From positions 93,825 to 157,824 of the forward strand of contig MCFE01000136.1 in assembly GCA_002104905.1 (NCBI GenBank): 64,000 nt of DNA, written 5' to 3'. Below, piece by piece: positions 24,314 through 36,645 of the stretch. Position 1 is the first letter of the stretch. Every line of letters starts with the position of its first letter. Below the pieces are notes generated by a model that did not search any database, had not been told where the DNA came from, and saw nothing but the letters and a program-made list of their open reading frames with translations. Source of the DNA: Basidiobolus meristosporus CBS 931.73. Lineage: Eukaryota; Fungi; Basidiobolomycota. A program made the translations under genes and the position numbers.

Positions 24314-27300
24314 ATGGAAATTCAAGCCGAAGAAGGAATTTTACCTTACCGTTCGCCTACCCACGCCTCAAGTAATTCCCTGTTGGGATCTTTTGGTGGT
24401 TCACTTCTAGACGAAGGGTCTCGCTCCAAAACCCCGGAATCCAAGCTTGGGCTTTCCCTTTTTGATTCATCTCCAGATTCTTCTGGTCTTGACTCTACCG
24501 TTTTCCCAACTACAAGAAGAGCCCGAGCAGATACTATGCCGTCTTCACTATCGAAATATCCTTTCCGTAGTAAATCACCAGAATCTGATATTTCCTCGCC
24601 CATTGGACGCAATTTTTCTGCTTCCCCCGGCGCTATTACTCCAACCCGAATCAATAATGGAAATACTACTCGCTCTCGTGGTAGTTCACTGAGTGTTCCT
24701 TCGTCAACATTTTCTGATGCTTTTGGGTCTAGTATTTTCTCTCCTTGGCAAAGTGCTGTAGACACCGAAGCCGGTAAAAATCACTTTGATGACCCGAACG
24801 AGGATGGGGTGAACCCCTTGGTAAAGACATTGGACTACCTTGGTCTCGATGACTCTTCACATTCACCCAGCCAGTTGGATGAAAGCTTTGGTGGCTCTCG
24901 ATTCGGTTCACCTCCTGAAGTCAAATGTAGGTCCTTAAAAGATACTGTGTTTGTTTAGCACTTATTGACTGAATTCCAACTAGCTATTGCAAATTTAAGA
25001 GCTTCCCTCGGTCGCCTTCGTTCTCATTCAATGTCCTCTACAGCCAAGTACGACGATGTGGTAACTCCTCTTCCAGCCCCTTTACAGCAACTGAGAAAGG
25101 CTCCTTCGCGTGGACGTGCTATTTCGGTTGGGTTTTTGGATGCTCCGCAGAAGTTTTTTGTACCCGGAGAGAGCAATTCAAACTCGGACATCTCTCTTGG
25201 AAGTAGCTACACCAACGAAAACCTGATGTTTTCAGAAAATGGCTCCATGAGCAACAGTCTTGGTTTAAATGGCTCGGACAGTGTACGTAGCAACCACCAA
25301 TTTTATTATCGACTATTTCTGACTCCTACCTTCGAAAAGTTTCTTGGCCATGGGCAGTCATTTGAAAGCGCTACCGATTTTGAGCATGAGGTAAATAGAC
25401 AGAACTCTGATGACCAAGAAATTTCGTTCATACTGTTCATTCATTCAGTACTTCGACCCTCTTGAAATGTCGGCTACTGATCACTTAACACCGACGCGTT
25501 CCTTATGGATCGGAAACATTGATAGCTCTTTGACTTCAGCTGATCTTATGTCCATCTTTTCCCCTTACGGCCCTATCGAGTCTCTTAGATTGCTTCCAGA
25601 GAAAGAATGCGCTTTCGTCAATTATGTAAAGATCGAAGACGCCATTCGTGCTAGGGAAGAAATGCAAGGGGGTAGGGTAGGCAACTGCATTATCCGAGTT
25701 GGCTATGGCAAGGTAAGTTAGTTCCTACATCTTGGACCGTGATGTCAGTTCAAACGCAGACTTGTTTCGTAGGCAGATATATATAACTGTGACTCCCAGA
25801 CGATGCAGCCCACCAGAGCGCTTTGTGAGTAAATTCTATGCAGAGGCGACATTTCTCCAGTCACTTATTCGTACCTCCTTCTAGGGATTGGTAACATTTC
25901 CGCGTCCATCACTCCTACTGCTCTACAAGCAGTATTTGCTCCTTTCGGAGCTATTGAGTCTGCCCGCATACTTACTCACAAGAACTGTGGCTTCGTTAAC
26001 TTCGAGAAGGTTGAAGACGCCATCAAGGCTAGGAAAGAAATGAACAATAAGGAGATATATGGCTCTGCTGTAAGAATCGGTTATGCCAAAGTGCCTCCAA
26101 AAGATTCGACCACAAAGAGTGGAACTACCCCTTTTGGACTTCCATTCTCATCGACATTGCCCCAACCTTCAGTCCCCATTACTCCATGGCACACCAATGC
26201 CTCGGCATTGAGCGGGACCCCTGGCAATTCTTCGGCTGAGTTGGAGCCGTCTCTCAGCTCTTCCTTAGGTAATAGCACCACAGGGGCGTACGAGACGGTG
26301 GATTTGCTGGGGCCATTGATGATGGATGACAATCTGATCGCCTTTCCTTACGCTTCGGTGCTCCCACCTATCCCCGAGCCTAACGTCAATCGCAAGATTG
26401 ACCAATCACGGCTCCGTGAAATCCGTAAACGACTCGACAGCCACACGTCGTCAGCCAAAGATTTAGAGGCAGCATTCCATGAACTATTCGATGACTCGGT
26501 TGATCTGTGCTCAGGTTTGTCTCCAGTTCCCAAAGAAAATGGATTCACACGCGGCTAACATTCTGAAAATGTAGACTATATCGGAAATACAGTCATCCAA
26601 AAGCTGATGGAGCGTGGTGGAGATAGTCACAAGTTGCTGCTGATCGAGAGAGTGGCGCCTCACATGGCCTCCATAGGTGTTCATAAGAACGGTACTTGGG
26701 CCATTCAAAAAATGATAGATTGTGCCAACACGCCTGCGCAGATGCAACCTATAGTCATGTCGTTGAAACCATTCACACCGCCTCTGTTGCTGGATCAATT
26801 TGGAAACTATGTGATCCAGTGCTGTCTACGCCTGGGTCCCCAGAGAAACCAGTTCATTTACGACGCCATCCACGCGCGTTGTTGGGAAATTGCACAGGGA
26901 CGATTTGGCGCCCGCGCTATCCGAGCCTGTCTCGAAAGCCAGTACACCACCAAACGCCAACAACGGCTTGTTGCTGTTGCCTTGATCCACAATGCTCTCT
27001 TGTTGGCAACAAACCCCAATGGCTCGCTTCTCCTCACCTGGTTGCTTGACTCCTCCAACCTGGCTGGAAGGTATCGCGCGCTGGCTCCACAATTTATCAG
27101 CCATTTGAGCCACCTTTGTACTCACAAGCTGGCTTCCCTAACGGTCTTCAAGATCATCAATCAAAAGGTTGAGGCGGATGCGCGCGAACTACTCTTGCAG
27201 AGCTTGTTCTTGCAGGACCAGGTGCTTGAGGATGTACTCAGCGATCAGGTCCACGGGGTTGGACTGATTCAAAAGATCCTCGCGAGCAATTTGATCGAGG

Positions 27301-27944
27301 AATCGCAGAAGAACAAGTTCTCCGAGCGAGTTCGATTAATGCTCGGAAAGCTGCAGGTCCATCAGGTGCAAGGCTATCGACGACTGATGGAAGAGCTGGG
27401 TGTTGGGTTTGGACTCAAGCAGTATTCCGACATAAGTGGAAGTGGATACGCCTTTTCCAATGCCAATGACATCAACGGCGGTTTACAAGGCGCTGGGCAA
27501 CACGCGTTGTTCAATGCGCTCCTGGCCAACCCCCAGTTGGGTGCCAACTACCCCCAAGGTGCGTTCAACAATATGTACGTGAACGCGGGCATGTACAACT
27601 CCCTCTTGAACCCATATGGCATGGTGGGTCTTCCTGGGCTCATCAATGGAACCACTCCGCAAAATCAAATGCAGAACCCACAGCTTCAGCAACAGCTGCA
27701 CCAGCTCCAAATGCAACTGCAACAGCTTCAGTATCAAAACCAAGAGAATCCCATCAGCATGAACCCTCATCCTCGCTTCGGAGAAGACAACAAAAACCAG
27801 GAGAGCAGAGCCGGAGGCCAGCCCATGTCAGCCCTGCTTCAAGATAGTGAGAAATCCGCAACCACCGACTTCTCTGTAGATAAATTTTCTAGCGATAATG
27901 TAGTTTCTTCGGACCATCACTCACCGTTCCGTCAGCATTTTTAA
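24314..27944 (+). CDS. JSN1: Jsn1/Puf2-type RNA-binding protein: Ser-rich N-terminus, two RRMs, Pumilio repeats, Q/N-rich tail; multi-exon
   Basis: RRMs TRSLWIGNID...CAFVNY and TRALWIGNIS...CGFVNF. PUF repeats DYIGNTVIQKL, HKNGTWAIQKMID, DQFGNYVIQCCL, GRFGARAIRACLE and NPNGSLLLTWLLD. Confidence 0.9.
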
Positions 27945-28548
27945 GAGCCTCCCAACGAAGCCAGGCATTCCGAGTTCCTCGGTGGTGTCAAGAGGTCCCT
28001 GGTTTCCGGAACCCTCATGCCACCCAGCAACCCAGCCGAAATCACCTTTACTTTATTCAATTTTATTACAGAATGATGTGTGGTATGGACCATGCGCACA
28101 TGTACCTACTTGTTAAACGATTGTGAATACGCTCCTAGACCGTAGTGAGCGCCGAGAATTACCTTTGCCGGGGCTCACTTGGGCTTATTCCCGAACTTCA
28201 AACTGATTTTTTCAAGGGTATTTGGTGGACTTCTGGGGATACTGTAGAACCCATGCTTCCATTTCACCACATTGCACACCCACCGCTTTACTTTAGTTCT
28301 TTTTGGTTCACCTTACATTTTCAGGGATATGTACCCATGTCCCTGGTAAATATCAGCATTCATCTTGTGGTTCGACTTTTTCTTCTCTAATCGTATAATA
28401 AAAATATTAGGATAGTTAATCATCATACAATGCTCGAGAATACAACTTACAACGTCAAGTGAGAGAGAGGGTGCAGTGGAGGCCGTATGGGAAATCCTCC
28501 CGAACTGCTGAAAAAAATCCCACCAAACCTCCAGCCTACCCTTCATCG

Positions 28549-28563
28549 TAACCCTAACCCTAG
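28549..28563. promoter_or_regulatory. Interstitial telomere motif (TAACCCTAACCCTAG) upstream of the TFIIF gene
   Basis: About two CCCTAA units ~240 bp upstream of the ATG at 28802. Function is inferred only. Confidence 0.35.
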
Positions 28564-28801
28564 GCGTGATCTCTGCCCTACCATTGAGCCAAGCTCCTCC
28601 GCCCATCACGAAATCACCAAAACCAAGGAAAAAATTGTGACTACGGGAACCGCATACCAAAAAAAAAAACCATTTCCTAACAATATATCAACAACCAAGT
28701 CACTCAATGGGCGGGTGGATTTCCTTCGTATATCGTAAATACATAGACAGATATATCAACCCACCACTTCCCCTTTGTTATAGAGACACAGCCAACCTAG
28801 T

Positions 28802-30926
28802 ATGACCAACCTACAAAGAAACCCGGGGACCCACACACAACCGGCTACCTACACCGATTACCGTTTGGTGTCGGGATCGCGGAAAACGCTACACAACATC
28901 CTGAAGTTCCAAAACTCCAAACCGATCGACCCAAATAAGTTCACCGCCCCGGTCAGACTGCACCGTAAAGAGACGAGCGTGGAGGCCGCCGAGCTGTTCC
29001 AAGAACTAAAACCCGGGGAGAATCCGTCGGAAACCGCGTTACCCGGCTCCGCTTCCGGAGCAGATCCCTCCATCATCGCGCCCTACGGCGGTGCTTCGCG
29101 TAACAAACAGATGCTCTTCAAGAAGAGAACCAAACAGGTGTTCCCCACCGACGAAAGCAGTAGAAAACTCAAAGAGCAAGAGGCGAAGCCTTGGGTACTG
29201 GAGGACTACGACGGGACCAATTATTGGAGCGGTAGTTTGGAGGGTGGCCAGCAATCGAATTACTTCCTGTTCGTATTCTCGGTAAGTGTCGCACGAACGG
29301 GATCCGCCCCTCGGCCTTTTGTTATGTATTTGATACGCTGGCACGAAGTGTTGCTTACCTGCGGTTTTTTGGGGGGTCTGGTCGAGTAGGAGGATGGATT
29401 CAAAGTGGTTCCAGCTCATAGATGGTACAGATTCCAGCAAAAGTTGTCCTACGCTACATTGACGATAGAGGAGGCGGAAGAACAGGTGGGACGATGTCGT
29501 CGTTTTCACGCGCGAGCATCGGGTAACCTTTGAATTCTAGCTTATCAAGGCGCAGAAGAAGGATAGCGATCGCTGGATGATGCGCAAGCGTTTGCTCAGT
29601 AAATTGGACGGAGATGAGGCAGAAGGTGAAGAGCGATCCGTACCACGAAGACTAAAGGTCGTGGATCATGAGGATATCAAGTAAGTTTTATCGAGCTTGA
29701 TCGCATGTGATAAGGGCACTCACCTGGCACGACTAGCTTTTCCGATGACGATGACCCTTCCATGAAGAAGATGAAGCGGGGTAACGTCAGCAAGGTATTT
29801 GATGATGAATGGTATTTGTTGGATTATATGGGGGCTTACTGGCGTTGAAACGGTTCTCGATTGAAGCATGGTGATATAGAGGAGGTCGATTTCGAAGAAG
29901 TGTTCGAAGACGACGAAGAAGCTCCACCAGAGTTAGAAGGTGACCAAGAGGAGATAAAAGAAGAGGTACTCATCCAACACCCTCAGCGTAATAGAAGAAA
30001 TACTAAATGGAGTGTTCATTCACCAGCAAAGTAGAAGAAAGCCCAACCGGACAGTGGCTAGTGATGATGAAGAGGAGGAAGAAGAAGAGGAGGAGCTAAC
30101 CGCCACTGGCAAAGTAACGCGAGATTTTATCATCGATGGGATGCGTAACAATGCCCATTAATCATGATCCTGAACCCTCGTAGGAAATGAAAAAAGCGCT
30201 CTTGACTCTCGAAAAGAATACGGCCTACGACTCGGACGACGAGCAAAACCCGTATCTAAGTGTTCGTTGTGTTTCATCCCACTCCCCATATTCGGCTAGT
30301 TGGCTCACATTGTTTGCAAAAGGAGGAGGAAGAGGAGGAGGAGGAGAAGGAAGAGAAGGAGACGGACGAAGACAAAAAGAAGCAAGAGGCGGGTGATTCA
30401 CTCATTGCCCCGAAGAAAGAGCCGATCCTCAAGCCTGGCCTATTTACACCGAAGCCCGTCAAGCCTGTTGCCAAAATCTCCCCTACCATACGGCCCTCCA
30501 GCCCGTCGAGCTCTGTCGTAGATAAAAAGCGCAAGCCCGAAGGCATCATGAACGACGCTGCAAAGAAGGTACCTGGTTACTGTCTAGTTTGGCATCCACC
30601 AAATACACGTACTAACGCCAGTATACCAGGCTAGAATATCTTCACCAATACCAAGACCTGCTGCAGGCCCTACACCGGCGGCCTCAGGTACTTGCTTCTA
30701 TTCAAACTTCATACCCAAGCCGTGCGCTGACGTAATCACTCTAGATTCCAATCTGATCACCGAAGAAGAGATTGTCGAGCTGATCAAGAGCAACCGCCTC
30801 ACTACCAAAGACCTGATTACCAAGATCAAGAAGAAGCTAAAGGCGGACCCACGCAACAAGCAGCTCATCAGCACGATTGTGAAGAAGGTGGCTACCACCA
30901 AGGATGGATTTCTCGAGCTCAAGTAA
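28802..30926 (+). CDS. TFG1: TFIIF large (alpha/RAP74) subunit, multi-exon
   Basis: FTAPVRLHRKE, PWVLEDYDG, GSLEGGQQSNYFLFVF, FKVVPAHRWYRF, ATLTIEEAEE, acidic DFEEVFEDDEE, and C-terminal ITEEEIVELIKSNRLTTKDLI. Confidence 0.88.
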
Positions 30927-32238
30927 GGCTCGCCCATCTAGACTTGTTCGCGTGAAGATGCGTTGTTTTTGTCATTACATGTGCAATAAGGAAACTGCTA
31001 TCGAAGACAATAAATGCTGTTTATTTGTTTGAGATCCGACGACAATTGAGGATCATGAGTGAACAACGGTGTATGTTAGCGCAGCGAATCAGTCCATAGC
31101 AACGCTGTCCAGAATCGAGTGTCCATCACCACTTCACATGCAGATCGCTCTAGTAGCGTCTTTATTCATACATCGTATCCTAAAATCTCTTGCCCACCCG
31201 ATGGAAAATCAGCGGTACACTGAAAAAGCCCCCCTCGGCTCATGTATTTTCCCTGTGTTACCAGCAAGCAATGGCATTGTTGACGGACCTCCGAATGGGT
31301 CATACAGATGAATCACCCGTACACCAATTGCTATCTTGAGAAAGGATCATGTCGATTATGGGGCAAGCGACGATGATGCAGAGACTGCCGATGAGTCTTG
31401 TAGTCACAGTTCCCGAGAACTCCCCCCTCACGACGATGGAGCCCGTCGGGCAGATGAGAACCGCTTGAACAACGTGGCGGGTTTCTGGCCATGACTTCGT
31501 CTTCATCCCAGGACCAATCGATCGACGCGCAAATATCACAACGATCATCAAGGTGCCCTTGGAATGGCTCTACTGCAAGACCCGACCATCTTGTTATATT
31601 AAACACACCGCTCATCCTTCGAAACCTGGACCAATGTTGGCTAGCTGCGTGTTTGTTACATAATTTAATATACGTTAGTATGGAGGATTTGCCAAAAAGG
31701 CGGTGAAACCTGGATTGCTCGGATCCTAGGGATGGTCCCCGTTTGGCCCAGCGCTTCGACCATATGCATAGCCTGAATCATGATAGTGTTGCCTTCGCTT
31801 CCATTTGAGATCATCCCACCACGAAGTGGCAGGTGATTTGTGCGATCACGGCTGAGAATCCGGTTGCACAATGACACCCAGCTTCCCTTTCTAATAGTAG
31901 CGGTCTCAAACCCCAGCAGGTAACCGCGAGGAACGTGCCGATTTCCATGGGATTACGCAAACGTGTCTCGGTGGAGATTGAAACTAGGAATGAGCTTGAT
32001 ACAAGGTTGTCAGGCTTAGCAATCGTTTATTTTTGATGGAATCGTACAATGTTCAGTGGGGATGAGTTGAGACCTGTCTTAAGTATTTTACAATAACATC
32101 GATGACTCCTTTCTAGATAGTATTGACTTGATCATGTACGGATATCGTGAAGCAAAGGATAAATGGGGCACTCGAGCAATGCACCAACGGTGTGTAACCC
32201 AAAATATACAGAATGGCGGTATAGTAGATCCAGTAGAT

Positions 32239-32988
32239 CTAAGGCAGCGGCGAGGACACGATGATGATAGAATTTTGACAATCATGACTTCTATAATGAC
32301 GTTGACGCGCATCAACTCGCGTAAATCCTTTGTGGCAGTGAACACATTTGTACGGCTTGTAGCCGGTGTGAAGCCTTTGGTGTCGCTCGAGATCATATTT
32401 CCGAGTAAATACCCGCTGGCAATGTTCACACGGGAAAGACTTGGATTTCTCGAGTCTTTTCTTACCGTTAGACTCCCGTGGCGGTGGTTTAGAGTGGCAG
32501 CTCTCAGCTGGGTTCTCTTTGATGCCGCCAGACTGCTCCAGCTCGGAAGTAGGGGTATATGGGGGTGATGGATATTGGCCTCCATCGGTGAGCGTTGGAA
32601 TTATTTCAGCTGGTCTTCCCTTTGTGCGACTGCGTTTCTTATTGGGCTGACTCTCTGTTAGCTCGGTGTTCCAATTGACAAATTCAAATTGTTGCGGCTG
32701 GATAGGCGAAGGATACGGAGAGGAAAGCATCTCAGAGGTGCTGTCTAAACCAAGCAATACGTCGTTGAATACATTCCCGTGAAAGCTTTCAGGGCCCGTG
32801 AAGAGCATGTCACTTTCAGGCTGATCAGTGAAGGGACTAAGCCAAGGTGTGTGTAAATGTAAGGGAGCTTGGACTTGGCCTAATAGATAGCTCAATCTGT
32901 CCCCTTCAGTCTGAGTGGGCATTGATGAGAGAATGTCCCACACCATGTGGGTCATATTTGAAGGATCGTTCACAAGATGTGTGTTCAT
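32239..32988 (-). CDS. Intronless two-finger C2H2 transcription factor (paralog 2)
   Basis: CEHCQRVFTRKYDLERHQRLHTGYKPYKCVHCHKGFTRVDARQRH. TATAAAA at 33032-33038. Confidence 0.9.
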   Translation of the reverse strand: MNTHLVNDPSNMTHMVWDILSSMPTQTEGDRLSYLLGQVQAPLHLHTPWLSPFTDQPESDMLFTGPESFHGNVFNDVLLGLDSTSEMLSSPYPSPIQPQQFEFVNWNTELTESQPNKKRSRTKGRPAEIIPTLTDGGQYPSPPYTPTSELEQSGGIKENPAESCHSKPPPRESNGKKRLEKSKSFPCEHCQRVFTRKYDLERHQRLHTGYKPYKCVHCHKGFTRVDARQRHYRSHDCQNSIIIVSSPLP

Positions 32989-35900
32989 TGAGCATAAATG
33001 TATATGGGTCTAGGAAAGCCAGAGCCCAGGCTTTTATACGAAAATGAAACCCCGCTGGAAATATATTGATGAGAAAATCTTATCCTCTGACATTGAGCAT
33101 CTTTCCAACAAGGGAAAAGTGAGTGATGACTAGTTTTGTAACATCAGTGATAAACCTTATCACTGCATCTCAATTGCTCTCCGATATTTCATGATTGGAG
33201 ACGATTCCATTGGATATCACCGATGTAACATGAATTGTACTAACGTTCTTACCATTTGTAAAACAACCGGGATTCCAAGTATCATTGGTTTTGACAACTG
33301 GCCAATACGGAGCCAGGATTTCGCCGACTCATCAGTTGGGTTTGCTGTCTCCATCTATTTAGACAAAACTGCCAGCGAACATATTAACTTATATAATGGT
33401 GTCCAGAGGTTACACAAAAACCGAGGACATAGGTCATAAAGAACCCATCTTGCCATACAAACAGCATGCATCCTTAGTAGTTCAAGCAAGCAGAGTAACG
33501 TTGCCCATGGATACTAGCGATGAGACCTAACGCAAATGTAATAATCTGTTGCTGCATCGGAGATGATAAACCAGCTAGTATTCGGTGGTGGGTATTTGGA
33601 TATGAGCCGAATGGAATGAACATAAAGAGCCGAGAGATTTTCGTTTATGGATGGAGGGGCGCCCAAGATTCTTCTCTAATCAAATGCGATGCCAAGCTTA
33701 TCTTGCAGATTGTGATGCTAGAGCCTTCCTCCCAGGACATAAAGCGGTTGATTCTGCATACAGATGGTTGGGCGGAGTCAGCAGAGTAACAACTTAATAT
33801 CCCAATTTGTTTTGATTGGGATTCGGGAAGCTAACCGTGAGTTAACATCATTGGTATGCCTCATCGAGCCTTAGCCTCTTTATGTACGAGGGCCTAGACA
33901 CTATCCCGAAATGAATGGTTTAAAGTTTGGAAGGTATGGCAGTGTATAATTTGCGCGGATTGTGCTAATTCTCATTACTAAGCTAACTGTTAAATACGAT
34001 TTAGCTTACCGATACAAATACCGGTTCCAATTTCAGAGTAAAGTTTGGCAAATCACACTTTATTTGTACATGCAATTATTCCAGGACGTTGCCACTTCAA
34101 ACAAGTGGTGGTACTCTTCAAAAAAATCGCCGGGTCCTCTTTACGACCCAAACTTATTTATCAGGTAGCTGCTAGTTCAAGCTCAGCTCTTATTAGCTGT
34201 CTCTCGAAGGCTTTGGCAACAGCCGAAAATATATCCTCATTTAGGCAGGCGGTGTCACCAATAACGTTCATCCCGTGAGTCTATTCAAACTGCCGCGCGC
34301 CATCAGCTATCTTAGATATCCTAATCACCCTATGAACTATAAACAGTATTGCGGGTAAAGATCTAGTTGCAAATTGGGGAAACCTAATAGCTATAGAGTG
34401 TGTTGCCATATTTATCCTGATGCAATAATTCGACTAAAATTCACAGCTGATTTTATTTGCTCATTTGAATAGCCGATGAATAGTTTCGTTTGCACCAGTG
34501 AGGAATCGAGTGCAAAGATTCGCGACTCCCATCATGAGTTTGTGGGGACAAATGCACCAACGGTTTCTCACGCCCAATCCAAATAGAGAAATCATGCAGT
34601 ATAGATTAATTAACAGATATACTCCTAAGATCTTCACTCAAGAGTTGTTTTGATCGCTCGGTGAGCCACGGTTCAAATTCCTTATGCAACCAACAAAGTC
34701 GATGATCTCTTGCCCCAAAGGCTTGGTTCCACTGGATCGTGCCCCAACACTTTCGAGGCACACGGGGGAAAGCACACCTCAGCATGCATCAATGGCCTGC
34801 AGGAAGTTTGTAAGCTTGTCGCCCCCTAGCCTGTTTGCAGCAAGCCAACTATTCGCAGTAAGTGCCTTGAAGGTACACAACATTGGTGGCTATCAACACT
34901 AGGTTAAAATACTCTGTCTAGCAGGTGTGTAGTTGCATTTCCAGCATCACAAGTCCCCTCCAATTGCTTCGATATCGATGGTTACACGTGATCGGATAAA
35001 CATTCCGAGCAATAGGCTATCTGAGATCATGGTGATGTCACATTTATGTCAATGTTTATTTTTATAAACATGTAAACGATCGATCAATCAATGCTCATTC
35101 TAGAAAACGTGAGAATTGCCATCAATCCCACTGACAACCTCGAACGAAAACTCGATTGTGTTCTTGCCCCTAAGAGCTAAATGAGGCGTTAATCTTAAGC
35201 TAAATTAAGGTTACTTGGTTTATCGGTTGCAAGGACTAATATATATATATTGTAATGTATTCTTCAAGAATGGATCCGATCACCGAGTTCATTATTACCT
35301 ACCCATAAACAGTGGATACTGCTCAAATGCCCGCATTTAACATTGAAGCTTGGCAGCTTGTATGTTGGAAGTCACAATGGCTGACTCTTGCATCTGACCA
35401 AGGCCTGTGGCACCGTGCCTTTCTATCGAACGTGTGGTAACGCTTGCCTATGGAACAATAAGGTCAAGACAGACCATTATCGAATAAACTGATCGAGCGA
35501 GAGACTTACGAGTCCTCTGTGCTTCGTTGCACAGACAATTTCTGAGAATTCTTCCTTTCTTTTAAATTGTTTCCCGTGCCATGAGCACCTTGCCTACTGA
35601 ATATAGAAGCGATTATTTAGTATGCCAATCGAGATCCCTAGAGCTGGCCTTAATACATTTCATAACCCACTAGTGACATTTCCCGTTATCATATCAATAA
35701 AATAAGAATCTATTCTATAGTATTATTATCAATGTTTGCTGGTGTTTGCTCAACTTGGTTGGTTGATGTACCACTTCAATCAGAAATCCATTAAACCCGT
35801 ATATGTACCTGGCTTTCCATAGTGTGTCATTGACGATTAGTAACTTTTTAAGCATCCCCGACTCGCCAGATTCGGGTGATCACTTTCCAAACCAAATCAT

Positions 35901-36003
35901 GCCTTAGCAGTTGCCATAGCTGTTCTAAAAAAAAGCCAAGGGAGGATATATAAGAAACGCTGATCAGCATACTCCATCCACCATCAGTCTTTAGTTCAGT
36001 ATC

Positions 36004-36645
36004 ATGATTTTCGAGGAGTATCCTACCACATACAGCGGCTGGGCTCATAGCCATTACCAAAGCTATACTGCCCCCACTTGTTCAGCTCCGGGCCATCAGC
36101 CATACAGAACTATCTCGCATGTTGAGCATGAAATCAACACCTTTTTGTTCCAGCTACTGAATATGAGCACTCTTCCCGCAGTGGAGGCTGGTGTTCAGAC
36201 AGAAACACCGGGCTCTCTATCAAGTACTCCTTTGCTCGAGTTTGTGAACTGTGATTCTACCAACATCGATGACCACCTATGGAGTTCCCCACGCCGCATT
36301 AAGCGCGGCTTGTCCGATCACTCCAATCTGGTAACGTTTATTCCGGAGTCTGGAACCTCAGAATCAACGGCTAAGCGATCACGTCCGAAGCATCACCATA
36401 GTGATATTAAAGCATCCGTAACCACAGAAAAGCCGTACAAATGCGGTGACTGTACCAAATCCTTTGCCCGGAAATACGATTTAGATAGACATTCAAGGCT
36501 ACACACTGGGGAGAAGCCCTATAAATGCACATTCTGTAACAAAGGTTTTGCTAGAGTGGATTCTAGGAAACGCCATTACGAGAATGATTGTCGAGCAACC
36601 AAACTGCGCGCTCCAACCGTATTCATCCAAACGCAATGGAACTGA
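36004..36645 (+). CDS. Intronless two-finger C2H2 transcription factor (paralog 3)
   Basis: [52 protein letters not shown] at 35947-35953. Confidence 0.9.
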   Translation: MIFEEYPTTYSGWAHSHYQSYTAPTCSAPGHQPYRTISHVEHEINTFLFQLLNMSTLPAVEAGVQTETPGSLSSTPLLEFVNCDSTNIDDHLWSSPRRIKRGLSDHSNLVTFIPESGTSESTAKRSRPKHHHSDIKASVTTEKPYKCGDCTKSFARKYDLDRHSRLHTGEKPYKCTFCNKGFARVDSRKRHYENDCRATKLRAPTVFIQTQWN

